Assembly (NCBI RefSeq): GCF_009914755.1
Contig: NC_060931.1
Length of the DNA: 64,000 bases
Direction: 5' to 3' (one strand)
Origin: the human T2T-CHM13v2.0 reference genome, Homo sapiens
In this document: one piece after another, positions 25,620 through 41,860 of the stretch
Layout: every line of letters begins with the position of its first letter
Numbering within the stretch: position 1 is the first letter of the stretch
The notes under the pieces: generated by a model
Told to the model about the DNA's origin: nothing
The model's input: only the letters and a program-made list of their open reading frames with translations
Database searches by the model: none
Translations under genes and position numbers: made by a program

Positions 25620-26884
25620 TAAGGGGTCTGTAGACTAACTTGTATTGCATACACGGACCAGAAAATTGTGTTTTTACTGTGTACCATCTTATACATTTTT
25701 AATAATAAGTTTAAGTGGCTGAGAAGGATGTAATTTTCTACATATTATAAATATTATAATTTAAAAATGTAACTGTTAGATTATGCTTTTAAATGTTTCC
25801 AAGGGAATCTAAATGCCATGGTGATATGTTACCCAGAACCATTAATTTAAAAAAACTCATGAACAATCCCTTCTTTTTTTTGCTCAAAATTGTACATTTA
25901 TTATACTACTACCCTAGAATATTATCATAATATAACATTTTTCATGCTTGAAAGTCTTTTATTGATCATCCTCTCATACTTTCTGTATCAAAAATGTGAA
26001 TATAAATTAAAATTGAACTTTAAATAATTTATTTCAACTATAAAGCTCTGAGGGTTAAACATTCCTTTTGATTGAGTTGTTATTATATTATTAGTAATAG
26101 TCAATTGATAAAATAAAAAAATTACAGAGTTTGATAAATTATCACTAACTCTAACAAGTAGATTTGTATTGGAAATGTACCTTTTTAGTAGAATGGATGG
26201 AGTGTTATGCTACCTTGATTAAAGGGACTCTATGCATAACAATTTTTCAACTTGTCCCTTGCTTGACAGCCTAGATCATTATTGCAATAGAGAAATGCAA
26301 CATAGCAAATTTGTGATAGGTAAAAGGAATGCCTTTCTTTTTTTTTTTTTTTTGATAACTTGGAGGAGTTAATTTTTTAAAAGTTAGTAGGAAAGGAAAT
26401 GTTGCTAGTGTGCAGCCTTCACCACACACAGAAATGTTCTTAAACAGGTCAAGTTTAGAATAGATTACATCGAGAAATAATGGATCTGGACATTGATTCT
26501 CTTAGGAGGATTCATACCTCTGACTCTTTGGAGGAGCCTTCTGTATTCCCAGGGTTTTGCATACCCCAGTTGGAAGATCACTACCTTGTACTATTCTAGT
26601 AAGTGAGTGGCCAAGACTCTAGCCCCTTCCCACCAGTGTACTCCATAAAAAAAAAATGGCCACTTAAAAGTATGCCTACAGCCTGCTAAGTATTTTGCGT
26701 ATGTGATATTGTTTAATTATTGGAACAACTCTGCAAGGTAGGATTATGCTCACTATACAGAAAAAGTAATTTGTTTGGATCACAGAAATTATAAGCGGTT
26801 GAGCAAAATTTTGAATTTATTCTGTTTCTTCTCTTTTCCTCCCTTCTTTATTGGGCTTGTATCAATTAGAAGCAATGCAACTCA

Positions 26885-27271
<387 letters not shown>

Positions 27272-30265
27272 TTATTACTTTGCATTTTTTTTAACTCTAA
27301 GGATAACAAAGAGCTCAACTTACACCTATTTATAATTAGTAGACTATGAGGAGGACAATTTTTTGAGTAGAGAAGATTTCTCATATCCACCTTTTACCTC
27401 CTTGAACAATAGCAGAACAAGGGTGGACAAAGTTGCACCCAGTTTTAAGAGTTCAGAACTGGGAACCCCGAGCTCAGATCTTTCTGTTGTAAGGTTGTTA
27501 CTCAGATTTTACAGAGAAGAGATAGTTGTCTATGGTTAGGGCTATAGCATAGTTTCATTTCTCACACTATCAAGAAATCCGATTTTAAAAAATATAAGAC
27601 TATATAATTTATTCATGGGTTATAAGGTAATGTTAGGTTTAGCCATTATTCTATAAATAGAGCAATAAAAGCACAGACCAACACCTTTCACTTACCCTGC
27701 AAGTAAGTTCATGGCCAGATTTATCTGGTGTACTGAGCAGAAAGCCATTTTCTATCACATAATGAAAATATTTGGAAAACCACTAGAGCAATGAGAGTTA
27801 TAGAACTCCTAAAACTGTAATTGTCTTATTCCATTATTAGAGTGGAAAGTATTTGGAAATGTTTTAGTTTCCAAGTAAATGGCATAGTATCATTATCATT
27901 TTCAGATTACTAATTGATTGTCCTACCCCTTTTCTTTGAAGAGTAGGGCATGATGACAAAAAAAAAAAGGTTAAAACAAGAGGAAAGTCAAACATAAAAA
28001 GAAGTTTTTAAGGGAATATTTTGCTTTCAGTATTAGTATTTTTTTAGGTTACATGATCATAAATGAAACGTGTTTAAATTACATAGAATGACAAAATCTT
28101 TATAGTAGAAAGATACTTGAATGTTTCCCTTCAAAAAAATCTTAGATGATTTTTTTAAAAGAAACAAGCAGAGAATGAGCCCCTCTGCCTGGTAAAAACA
28201 AAACCCAAATTGGAAAAACTTTAGAGGAAACTTTCGAGTTTTTTAAAGGTTCATTTTTTCAGACATTTCTGGCATTTCTTCCTTCTCTCTTCTGTTTTTT
28301 GCCTCTTAGGTAATTTCACTGCTTGTTAGAAGCTTTATTACAAAGCAGATAGACTTAAAACAATGAGAATATGAAACCAACTGTCCTACTATTCAGCATA
28401 TTCTAGGAACAGGATCAAGGGAAAGGTAGAGAATGAGGTCAATGGGTTTGAGTAGATTTTCATATCTGAATTATCTGGATGCTGTTTTTCCAGATAATAC
28501 AAATTTAATTATGGCTCACTAAATATTCAACAATAAGTATGGAAAAGCTCAGGAAAAAGATTGAGGCATATTCATGAGGCAAGAAAACTCAGTTGAACAC
28601 ACAAAAAGAGAATAAAAATAGCTCAGCATTAGCTTTTATTCAGGAAAAATCCACTTCGTAGATTGAAAGAAGGATAAACATTGGCAGACAAATTGGTCCA
28701 TCTTAGGAGCAGTTTTACAAGATAAATGAATGCTTGTTTCTTTTAATCCAAGAACTATGGTGCAACCTGACAAATCCTAGGCACAGTGTATCAAACAGCC
28801 ACAACAGGTTCCTTGGAGAGCTCACAAATGACATTTCTTCACATGCAACTTGATAAGTATAATTCCCAATTTCCAACTTTTCCTGTATTGCTTCATATCT
28901 AATCTAATTCTTTTTTCAAGAATTGTTCTATGCCTCTTAATATATTGTTGGGAATTTGCTTTTAGGCTCTTGGGTAACAGGGGGAAAATGAATTGCAATC
29001 TAGTGGAATCTTGACAATATAACCATTACATTGTGCATGCCACAGCCAACAAGGAAAGTAAAGATGAAGAGAGCAGCATTTGATTCTGGTAAATTGTTCC
29101 CTTCACAATTTTGCTTTTGTAAAATAAATACAGTACATGAAATAGCAGTCTAAGGATAATCTGCTAGTTGTTTTATTCAATGAAAAGCAGAAGTAAATCA
29201 TTCAATTTTGGAAGAGCTTGACATTACTGTGAGCATCATTTGCAAGAAGAGGCAATTATTGTTATTTTTCAAACAATTATTTGATACATTTAATAAATTA
29301 TACTTACCAGACAACACTTATAAAATGTAGCCCTGTCATTAGGCAAAATACACAACTCTTATGGTTAGGAAATGACTGCTTTCTCCTTTCTAAATTCGGA
29401 ACAATTACTGATAAAAAATTAATTTTAGCTTTTGAAATGATGACTTGTTATGGTTGTCAAGCCTTAATTATGTGCATATTACCTAGAAAGATGTGTAGGT
29501 ACAGTTCAACAAAAAAGGAAGTAATCTTGACATGAACGCACAGCCCAGTGAATATTACAAAATAGCTCGCTATTTGCCCTATGAAGCTACAAACTCTGTA
29601 TAGGCCTCCTGAAGCCCATTTTCTTTCCAATATACCTTCTCCTAGCCTTCTAGGAGACATTTTACTTGGTCTTTTCATGTTGTCTGCCCTTAGCTTTACG
29701 TCCTAAGTATCCAGAAAGGCATATAGCAAGGTCTTGCATCATTCTCTCAGCTCCGTATTGGAAGTGTTGCAGTAGATTGTACTTATTCTTTGCAGGAGAA
29801 GGTTTAAGTCTTACCAATTATTAAAAGGAAACAATTCTGAAACATTTAGAGAGTTTTCTTGCTAAAATTGACCAAATCTCAGAGCACAACCTCTGAGTTC
29901 ACACATAAGTCTGTCTCTTTACTGATTTAATCACATGTAGTAAGGTCAAAGAAAGAAAATGGGAGAAGAAAGAAAATCTCATCTTGCCACATTACCCATA
30001 CACAACATAATATTTTGAGTATTTATTTAACAGCACATTTGCAAACTTAACTGCTACTTTAAAATACCTTTTAAAATTTCACACATATGTAAGAAGAGAA
30101 CCTACAAAGAGTATATAAAGTAATAAAAGTTCAAGATGAATGTGGAGCTAAAAATAGTGCCATTTGAGTTAAAGTGTATTGATGAAGCAAAAGTCTATTC
30201 AAAAAGTATGATTAACTCAAAGATCTCCTGTTACAATATATTCCTGTTCCAGTAATAATAAATAG

Positions 30266-31192
<927 letters not shown>

Positions 31193-33432
31193 ATAGCTTA
31201 TATTATTGACCCGTTACTATATGCCAGGTATCATTTTTTATACTTTATAGATATTATTTTAAAATGGCAAATTAAGTAAATAACTATCATCCTAAAATAC
31301 TGGATCCAGAAGGCTTCAAAATGATATATCATGTGTTTTTCTGCTGGTGGCTCAATTTAGAATCTGATGACTGGAGCCCAAAACGCAAAAGGTCAGTTTG
31401 TGAAACTCCTGGGCTTATCATTCTATCTTATTAACGAGTTTTTTCAGAGTCTGAAGTCTAGACAAAGAAGCTCTACTGCTAGTCCTCAGTTCCTCATACA
31501 CATCTTTTAAATTCTTGAACACATTGTTATGCCAGAGATGAAGCAAAAGGTGTGGTTTTTTTTTTTTTTTTTTTTTTGTAACGTAACCATGCTAACTGGT
31601 TAAGCATGGCCTGTAGAGGAATGTGGCAGGATTCACCCTGGAATGCATGTTGTTTATGCTAGTTTAACCAGATCTTTCTATCCGTGGTCCTGGACTGCAT
31701 CTCCTTTCCCATACAACCCCAATTATCAGGACACATGTGTGTCTTAGGCTGAACACTGGTTCCTGTGATTTGCTACATGATGGCCTTGAAATGATTATAC
31801 TTGCTGTGTTTTCCTGGATGGCTCGCATGGCCAGGAGACTGCTATTCCAGAAAAATCACTCTCTACTCTTGCAGACTGAATTCCAAATCTAAGGCTTCTT
31901 TTATTAGGTCCGCACTAAACCTGTTCTTTCATCTATTGCACTGAAAAATTAGGCGAAAGAAAAATCCTTGCCAACAATTTCACCCTACATTTAAACTCTT
32001 TCCAAGCAGAGTTTGTGTAGGACTCCAGGCTTGCCCTGGGTAAGTCTTTTATATTTTAGCAATGGAAGCACTTTGGGGCCCACTTTCTGTTTCAGAAGCA
32101 ACTGCTTTGCTTTGCATATTAACAGTGCTCAGCATAGTTTACCCAATCTCTTTTAGAAGCCACTGGCCTGGGGCTTGATTTGTACCAAGTTCAACTTCTT
32201 AAGCGTATTTATAGTTTTGAATGACTGATCTTGAATTTTTTGCATTTATTACTCTAATACTTTGAAGTTGGTTTATGTAGTTAAAACTACTATGAACATT
32301 GTTTCTCAATTAATAAGGATTAATTGGGTTTGACTTGCTTACACTTTAATTCTCTTTCATATAGAACAAAAGTGAGGTAGTTTCTCTTTGGGTTCTTAGA
32401 TACCACCTTCTGGGTTCTGTCTCAGTTTTACCTGTTCCTCTTTGGAGCAAACTTACCTTTGGTATCCTATTGACTTCCAGATTGTGTTGTTTTCTCCCTT
32501 CAAAAATAAACTTTCAGGAGAATTTACACAAATGGAAATCATTAAGAATGTTTAGTATTACCATATTACCTCTCTTTTCACATACTCTCTTTTACATGGT
32601 TAGAAGATGTGTGTTTTTGCATGTTGAAGATATTGATGCTATTTTTCAATGCCAATTGATGCCAATATTTATAACATATATAAATTATAAATATTACAAA
32701 ACTAGTGGAGGAGCTTTTAGGGGCTGGAAGAATATCTCTGGTGCTCAGAAATCACACAATTTAACCTCTACTTTTAACTCTTAAGCATTATACTGGTGAA
32801 ATAAAATAGTTTCCTACTAAATCGTTACAAATATTCTCAAATATAAATAGGAAAAAGTCTGGCTTTAAATGCTTCCAAAGTACTAAAGGGACTAAGGCTA
32901 TTTTGCTTCTCCTTTTGAGTGCTCTATAGGTCACTGAAAATCTCTCCTACCAATTTACTGAGTAACTTTCCTGTAATAAGATCTCACCTTGTCTCAATTT
33001 TTCCTTCTATGAAATGAAAATACTACTACCTGTTCCTATTTATAGGATAATCAAGGTAAAGAAGCTTTGGGAAAAAGAAATGTTTAATTTTTTAGCTGTA
33101 GTTCCCTTCTAGGAGGAGCTTGTAGTTCTTATGTGAAGAAAACAGGGCTTTGCTTTTAGCTTGTACTATAATAACTGATGATACCTGTGTACTAGGCAGG
33201 CTTGATGCATTCTAATTTATTTACAGAAACTGTGGGTTCACTGGCCACTCAGCAGTTGGAACACTTGCTCTTGAAATCGAGGATTCTGGTTCTGATAATT
33301 TCATAGACAACCTGTTTGTGATGTGTCTTCAGGGTTCAATGAATATTGTGATACAGTTATTGGATCACCAACAAACATAAAATGAAGTAATCAATTATCA
33401 TGTACACAACTTAATTGAGGTCATTATTGGAG

Positions 33433-33660
33433 GAGCAGCATAGTACGAATGGTTCGGTCACACGGTTGAGATTCACATCCCATATACTCCATTTGCTAGC
33501 TATGTGACCTTACACTAGTCACCCAACCACTCTGTGCTCCAGTTTTACTCATATAAACGGAGAATAAGAGCATGCACCTTACATAGTTTCCATGAGAAGT
33601 AAGTCAGTATATGAAGTATTAATACTTAGTATATAGTGAGCACAATATAAACATTTGTTA
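33433..33660 (+). mobile_element. MIR
   Basis: gcagcatagt...ccatttgctagctatgtgacctt...ctctgtgctccagttttactcat. Confidence 0.75.
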
Positions 33661-34601
33661 AATACTAATAATTGAAAAAAATGACAACTGCCCATGGGTA
33701 AAAGAGAAGTTTTAAGTATGAACCAGAGTGCTAAAGAAACATACTTATAAAATCATATATATTTTTTAAAATCACAACATTATCAACATTTATTGATGCT
33801 TGTAATACAGCATAATTCCTGCTTTCTTGAAGTTTGCAAAGAGAGAAAAAATGTATTAGAGACACTTAATCTATAGTTCTGAATGTAATAAAAAGAGCAT
33901 AAAATGTTTTAAATTTGTTGATAATTCTCATATTACTCTCATCTTTTATCTGAATGAGATATAATATTCAATTTTATATACCTATTATTGTGCCACATAG
34001 ACTACAAATGCCTGGTAAATTCATAGATGTGCATGGCCACTCATGCAGAAATGAAATATTTAACTACAAAAGTATCTTATATTTGGGAAGTTATTTGCTG
34101 ACATTTCTTCCTCTGATATTTGGAGAGCATGCACAGTGATTTATGCACAGAAACTTGAAGGAAATGCTCCCATAGTGACTTTTGGAATATTGCTAATACA
34201 TATTTTAAAAGTGCTTCCTACTATAAAGTTTTTCAAATGTTTGAAAAAAAATTTTATCATGTAAAAGCACATTGGGAAAACTCATCCACTGGAGGAATTT
34301 CTTAGTTCATATCATCAAAAACAATCAGAGAATATGGGTGTCCATTTTTTAATAATAAGGCAGCCAAAATGTGATGTGTATTAATTATGGTTATTAATTT
34401 AACTTTTGTTAAAGATCAATTATAATGCTTTTCTTGTAGGACAGCCCTTCATTACTTTTAACTAACACTAAACATTTGCATAGTAGAAAACTATTTTGGT
34501 TTGATGAGAGCAGTTATTACAGAAAGTTAAGCACTTGTGTTGTATATGAAACAAATCAGAGGTATTCCTCTTTGTAAGAAAACCTGATATATAAAAATTC
34601 A

Positions 34602-34910
34602 GACTGGACGCAGTGGCTCATGCCTATAATCCCAGCACTTTGGGAGGCCGAGGCAGGTGGATCATGAGGTCAAGAGATCGAGACCATCCTGGCCAACATG
34701 GTGAAACCCCGTCTCTACTAAAAACACAAAAATTAGCTGGGCGTGGTGGCAGGTGCTTGTAATCCCAGCTACTCCGGAGGCTGACGCAGAAGAATCGCTT
34801 GAATCCGGGAGGCAGAGGTTGCAGTGAGCCGAGATCACAGCCACTGCACTCCAGCCTGGGCGACAGAGTGAGACTCAGTCTCAAAAAAAAAAAACAAACA
34901 AAAAAAACAA
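34602..34910 (+). mobile_element. AluSc-like
   Basis: gtcaagagatcgagaccatcctggccaacatgg in a full dimer. Confidence 0.95.
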
Positions 34911-35415
34911 TCAAACTTGCAAGAGATGAAACAGGGGGTGACTTCTTGTGTTTCAAGTGATTTTTTTACTTTCAAAAGGGTTTCTTTAAATAGTGGCTCT
35001 CTAATTATATGTCAGCATTAGTTGCAGACCAATCTACTTAACAAAATTTAGTTGTTAAAGAAACCAAAACTTAAAAGTGTGAGATGCCACTGCTAAGTAA
35101 AGTCTAAAATTGTGATGTAAGTGAATGGGAAATTTTGACTTATAAAAACATAATTTGTGTATTACATACATGAATTAAAATGAAAAAAATCACTGCATGT
35201 GCCTTTAAAATAAAATGTTAGGGACAGGAAGAATGTCAGGATATGATTGAAGAATTTAGAGTTAATGGAGGAAAAGTTATGTGTTGGCATTTATGCCTTC
35301 AGCCACAATTAGTATTACAGTGTAAGAAATTTCTGTAAATTTCAATGTCCAGTGGTGTGTATTTTTATATACTTAGAACATGTATGTGTGTTTTGCATGT
35401 TGAAAAATTGATGCC

Positions 35416-35788
<373 letters not shown>

Positions 35789-36978
35789 TTACCTGGTTGA
35801 TAGAGATATTAGATAGAAAAAAAGTATTTGGGTGAAGTATCACATAAAAGCAATTTTTCAAACTAATATATATTAGCTAGCCTGGCTTATGTGGACATTC
35901 AATTGTATAAAAGTTAGAATTAGTTTTATGAAAGCTGTGAAAACTAGAACCCAAGAACATGAATGGAATTAATATTATTAATTAGAGCTGAACCAAACTA
36001 CATAGCTGAGGGCTTGAACAGTTAAATTCTGTTTTATCAAGTGATAAGTCACTGCATTCCATATGGTTGTAAAACTTTTAATTTTTCTTGTGCTTCATTC
36101 CAATGTTAGCATAGAATTCCTCCTACCCTCATAAGACCACCCCAACTCTTACAGAAATTTGAATCAGCAAACCTAAACAAGGACAGTAGAGCTGTATATC
36201 TGGCAAAAGATACTAGAAATCAGTGTTGTTTTGTGTTTAGTGTAAGTCTTAGTCACAATGTATTCTTTTCAGACATATAGGCTTATGATCATCACAGTTC
36301 TGCAACTCCATGTCAGAATATATGGTCTTAAAATATGATTATCAGATTGTTTCCATGCACAATTATAAATATGAAAAATCTAGTTTGGATGCTAAAAATA
36401 ATATTTCTGGGTGTAGTATTAAGCATAATAATTTTGTCATTGTATTATCTCAGAGAATGGACACATTCTACATGTCAGGACTAAAGGTCATTAATTATTA
36501 TAGTATCAATTTAATTTTTAGTAATGTTGAATTATTAGAAAAATACTAAGTAAAAAATTTTAAGATTTGATTCTAATCTTTTTCCACAATTGATACCTAA
36601 CAATCTTTCCAGATAGTTTATAAAACATTCTTAGATTGTTCTCAGTTTGTTTTTCTATATACTTTTTTTAGAATGTCATTTGAATACAATTGGATCAGAT
36701 TCATACTTCATTTATAAAGTAGAATAAATGTAATTTTAAAGTAGAATAAAAAATGAAGTTACTGATTTGGTAATCATGATATTATCCAAAGTATTTCACT
36801 GAAACATGACTAAAAATGAGAAAACAATTAAAAGCCTCGAAAAGTAGAAATGGTTTGACAGTTTTCTTCTTTTCAAGACTGAAGCCAGAATTATAAATGT
36901 GGCTATGTGCACCCAGCTGAGCTGCCCTTTTTAAATAGAATTTATTATTATATGACTGCTTTGTGCATACTAGATATT

Positions 36979-37383
36979 CGTGGTAGATTTTATTATTGAT
37001 CCTAATTATTCATTCTTTACTTCCCTGAAATATGATATATATCCCTATGATTACCATGATACTAGCAGTGCCTGTCTATTAGAGAAATGTACTTTCATAC
37101 TCCATTGTTATCTGGTTTGGCCATATGACTTGCTTTGGTCAATGAAATGTAGGCAGAAGTGATGTATACCATAGCTAAGTAAACAATTGAGGGCCTTTGT
37201 GTGCTATGGTTCTTGCTCTTATTTCCCTCTGTCACCAGAATAGCATATTCCAGATGCAGGTTGCTATTCAAGCCTGGATCCTTGAATGAAGAAGGTGCAT
37301 GAGATAGGAGCAGAATTGCAACCAACACTAGAAGCACAACTTTGTAGTTATTTTGTAATGATCATTACTGCAGCAAAACAACT
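36979..37383 (+). mobile_element. MLT1 (MLT1I-like) MaLR LTR
   Basis: gtggtagat...ttggccatatgacttgctttggtcaatgaaatgtaggcagaagtga...gcctggatcc...ttactgcagca. Confidence 0.8.
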
Positions 37384-37439
37384 TCTTAAATTTCTCCATC
37401 TATATGAAGAATTTTATTTTAAATATAATTTTCTTTTAG

Positions 37440-37931
37440 ATAGGCCTTACTGATAATGATTTCTGTTCCCTGGTGTTTGTTTTCTGTGTATCTTCTTCTA
37501 CATTTAATAAGACTGATCTGCGTAACTAATAGGATATTGCAGAAAGGAAAGAGTGTAATTTCTAAGGCTCAGTCATAGAAGACATGCACACTTCCATTTT
37601 TCCTGTTCTTGCTTCCCTTATTGTGGTGAAGTCACCTGCCATGTCATGAAAATACTCGTAACAGGCCTGTGTGAAAACGGACAGACTTTCTTACAATAGC
37701 CAGCACCTGCTTGGCAGTCATGAGGGTGAACTCTTTTGGAAGCTCATTCTCAAGCCCGAGGCAACATTGGGCTACAACCTTATGAGAGATTCTTTGCCAG
37801 AACCATCTGCTATGCTGCTCCTATCCCACAGAATTCTGATGCACAGAAAATGTGAGATAATAAATTTTTATTGTTTCTTTAAGTCACTAAGTTTCCATGT
37901 AATTTGTTACATGGCAATAAATAACTAATAA
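37440..37931 (+). mobile_element. MLT1 (MLT1F-like) MaLR LTR
   Basis: cacagaaaatgtgagataataaat...taagtcactaagttt...gtaatttgttacatggcaataaataactaata. Confidence 0.8.
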
Positions 37932-37944
37932 GATGATGTCTCAA

Positions 37945-39160
37945 GAGACTTCTACTTCTGCGTATGTGGCAGTATTTTCCAGCAGACCAAGGCCTCAGCC
38001 AAGAACAAGCCTAATAGAAGCAGAAGACATCTGTTTAAAGGCATTGGAGAGCTGCTAGGGCAACCAAAACTAGAAATGCCAAGATTCCAGAAAGGGGAAG
38101 ACTAGTGAGTTAACACTATTCGGCCAGTTTTTCCCTGCAAAAGAAAAACCGGCTTGATTTTGGACCTAGAGCTAATGTCTGAGAACCTGGTATTCTCTAG
38201 GTAGAGGAGATAGAGAAACCAGGAAAGCTTTTGGTGTCTTGTAGTAGTGGAAAGACTTGAGGGGTAAGGATCTACTGAGCAGGGAAGACTGATCCTGACC
38301 CATCATCAGTTTTTCTTTCAAGACACTTGTCAAATTCTCGAGTTATGTGGAGGCTGGAGGCCAAGTAGTTAGTAGACATCTTCTCCAAAGCATATAGGAG
38401 TTATTGACAGTCTGTGATGTGGAAGTGACAAAGATGAGAGGTCAGCATCTGGAAGGGGAGGAGCCCTGGTAGGCTACTGGCAGGCTCTCAGCTGGAATTC
38501 CTAGAGGGCTATGCCGGAAGAGCTGGAGAAAATCAAAGGTAGAGAACCATTACCACAACATGAACACAGCTTCAACTCAGCTCAGCTTCTAAATGGATTA
38601 AGATGATTAAGCCTCTATTCTATTAATATTTTCCTTGCTAAGGAAGACAAAATTATCAGAGGCCTCTGCCATTTTTAATACAAAGTGTTTGTTATTCAAG
38701 TAAAAATATTACCATACATATTCATAAATCCAAGAGGAAAAGCACACAATGAAAGCAGACTCCAGTTGATCCAGTGATATGGTTCGGCTCTGTGTCCCCA
38801 TCAAAATCAGTCTTGAGTTGTAATCCCCATGTGTGGGAACAGAGGCCTGGTAAGAGGTGATTGGATTATGGGGATGGATTTCTCCCTTGTTGTTCTTGTG
38901 ATAGTGAGTAAGTTCTCATGAGATCTGATGGTTTAAAAAGGTAGCACTCCCCGCTCACTCTCTCTTCTGCCACCATAGTGTTAAGCGGTGCCTTGCCTCC
39001 CCTTCACCTTCCACCATGATCGTAAGATTCCTGAGGCCTCCCAGCCATGTGGAACTGTGAGTCAACTAAACCTCTTTTCTTTATAAATTACTCAGTCTCA
39101 GGTAGTTATTTATAGCAGTGTGAAAATGGACTAATACATTCAGATATTTGAGTTAGATAA
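37945..39160 (+). mobile_element. Old L1M 5' region remnant interrupted by THE1
   Basis: The start gagacttctacttctg...gtggcag and aaagcagactccagttgatccag[LTR]atatttgagttag resemble the L1ME 5' end and ORF1 start. Confidence 0.45.
38775..39138 (+). mobile_element. THE1D-like MaLR solo LTR
   Basis: tgatatggttcggctctgtgtcccc...gcagtgtgaaaatggactaataca. TSD tccag/ttcag. Confidence 0.95.
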
Positions 39161-40299
39161 AAGAGAGGCATCAGGAGAGAGCTCTGCGGAGAGACCTGGC
39201 CTTAGGACTCTGAGAAGATCTTTTTCTTCTTCTTGTAATTTGTAAAACTCTTCTGGTGCCACCCTTTATAAAGTGCACCTCTTTTTCCAGGCAAATTATC
39301 ATACTAGTCAGTTTGATTTTCTCCAGAGCACTAACCTACATTCAAAATCCTCACATTTATATGTTTGTTTATTTTATTATTATTTACATCCACAATTAAT
39401 ATGTGAATACCAAGAAACCAGGAATCCTAATTGTCTTGCTCAGGTGCATATGATTCAAGAACAGATGGACACAAAACAAATACAGTAACAACAACAGCAA
39501 GAACAATTACATATCTTAGAAGTAAAAATGCCCCAGTATTAGTTTTTAATTCATTAATTCTCTCCTTAACAGGTTCAAGTCTAAATTTTATCCTATTAGA
39601 AAATTAAAAAAAATTTAGTGATTATAGTTTTATTTTTAGGATATGTAAATGTTGTTGCTTTATGTCCACCTGTTCTTGATTCATGTGTGCCTGCAAAGAT
39701 CACGTAAACCTGCACGTGGGGTATTTACATTTTATTTGGAGGAGAAAACAAAAATTAAGTAAACAAATATATAAATGTGAACATTTCAAATGGTAATTAA
39801 TGCTCTGAAAAACAATCAAACTGTCTAGTGTAATGATCTGTCGAGAGGAAGGAATATACTTTATGTAGCATCACAACAGATGAATTTTACTAAGCAGAAG
39901 ATGAAAAAATCTTTTCAGAGCCTTAGGTGAGGTCTTTTCCAAAGGGTTTCTCCTGCTTGCCTCTCTCCTCAGGCCTGGTTTTCTGCAGCTTACTTTTCTC
40001 CAGTGGGGATGTACTTCAAGGAGTCTATCTTGTCCATAATCCAATCCCCCATTCTTCTCAGAGCTATGAAAAGGAAAATAAACCAACCATTTTCAAATGA
40101 GGAAATAATCTGCAGAAAGTCTGCCCATAAGACTGATCACCCTCTATGCGGAGAAATTCATCAACTGACAGAAGGGATGGTCTTCATGGCAGAATGGGAA
40201 AAACTTGCATAATCAAAAATCCCAATAAAGAACTTTTACTCCTTTCCCCCCAAATAAAAGGCAAATTCAAGCCTAAACTACTAGGGCAACATTTTTGAG

Positions 40300-40462
40300 A
40301 GTGCTTTCCTCATGCATAGGGACTGAGGTACAGTACTAGCTAAAAATGTAGATTCCTGGTCCCTACCCAAGACCTAATGGCTCTAGGGATGGAAACTAGG
40401 AATCTATGTTTTTGGCAGTCAGCCAAAGTGAATCTTATGCAAGTGTAAGTTTAATAACCTCT
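40300..40462. mobile_element. MER5-family MITE
   Basis: taaaaatgtagattcctggtccctaccc...aggaatctatgttttt...gtgaatcttatgca. Confidence 0.65.
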
Positions 40463-41732
40463 ATCAAATGGCAACTCTTCTTCTTTCAAGGAGTCTATTT
40501 TTAAATTTGTTTTTGATGAACCAGATTTTATGTGGTCTAGATTACAAAGTTTGAGAAATAAAATGGTTAAGATTAACACAAAAAATGCAGAAGTTTAACT
40601 TGCAAAGGATTATAAAATAGCGGGCCATTCCATTTCTCACTAGAGCTTTAAAATGCTATGTTTTAGAAAGGGAAACCACAAGTAATAAAAGTAAAGAGAT
40701 TATTTATATAGCACTGCCTTCTGATGAATGCGTGATACTTATTACTTCTCTTGTAGAATATTTTCATAGCATGTTCAAGTTTCACTTCGAGATGACAGAT
40801 GAGAGTGTTAGAAGTTCCAACCATTAAATCTAGTTCTCAATCAACTATCAGTAATGTAAAACAGAAGATTCATGTTTTTTCCTTAGTGAGATTCGTATTT
40901 ATTTTTTGTTTCAGTTTACTGATAAATTACTATATGGAGGTACATATAAATTACTATATGAGGTAAACCACAATGAATAAAGCCAGGTTTATCAGTGCTC
41001 TGAAAGAGTTTACATTCTTATGGAGAGACAGACAATCAATAAAATCGCAAATAAAAATACAGTTATAAATTGACTGCATCTATAGTGAATTTTCTAAATT
41101 TTTTATGAACTCCATCTGACAAAAACAAATCTAAAACAATCAAGACCTTCCATTACAATAGCAAATGACTATAAGGATTGTCAGCTTCATATTTTGTTTT
41201 GACTTAGTTTAATATTTATCTCCTAAAAGTGTCATGTTTCTCTCTCTGTCACATAATTTATCTGTAGGAACATCTGTTGTGTGTGTGTATAATGTCTATG
41301 GAAAGATTAATGTGACAAAGATTTGGAAATAGCTAAAAACAGCAATGAGCCTGTAGGGCATAATGACCTAGTGATTTGGTTAGAAATGGTTATATGTATT
41401 CCTCAAGGATCTCATGGATTGGGGATGTTATCATATTGGAGAGTATATATCAGTAGTTTTTTTCTGTTCCAGGTATTGACAAGATCCTATCAACTTTTCC
41501 AAATAGGGAATTTCCCCAGTCAATTTTACCAGGTCTTCTGAAAACAAGGTGATAAAATTCTTTTATGGGTAACAAGGCCATTGTTTGTGTCTGAGGGACT
41601 GAGACAAGCAGACAAGAGAAAGCTTACAGCCTTCTAGAAACTTCAGTGACAAATCTATGGAATTTCAGCTTAGGCAGACACATTAACTCATTTAAATTTT
41701 GTCCACTCAATGATTTGTATTTTTAAAAATTT

Positions 41733-41860
41733 CACTGGGTGAGGTGGCTCACGCCTGTAATCCTCACACTTTAGGAGGCCAAGGTGGTAGGATCACTTGA
41801 GCCCAGGAGTTCGAGACCAGTCTGGGCAACATAGCAAAACATTGTCTCTATTTTTTAAAA
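41733..41860 (+). mobile_element. FLAM_C / free left Alu monomer
   Basis: Single arm with ggatcacttgagcccaggagttcgagaccagtctgggcaacatagc. Confidence 0.9.
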
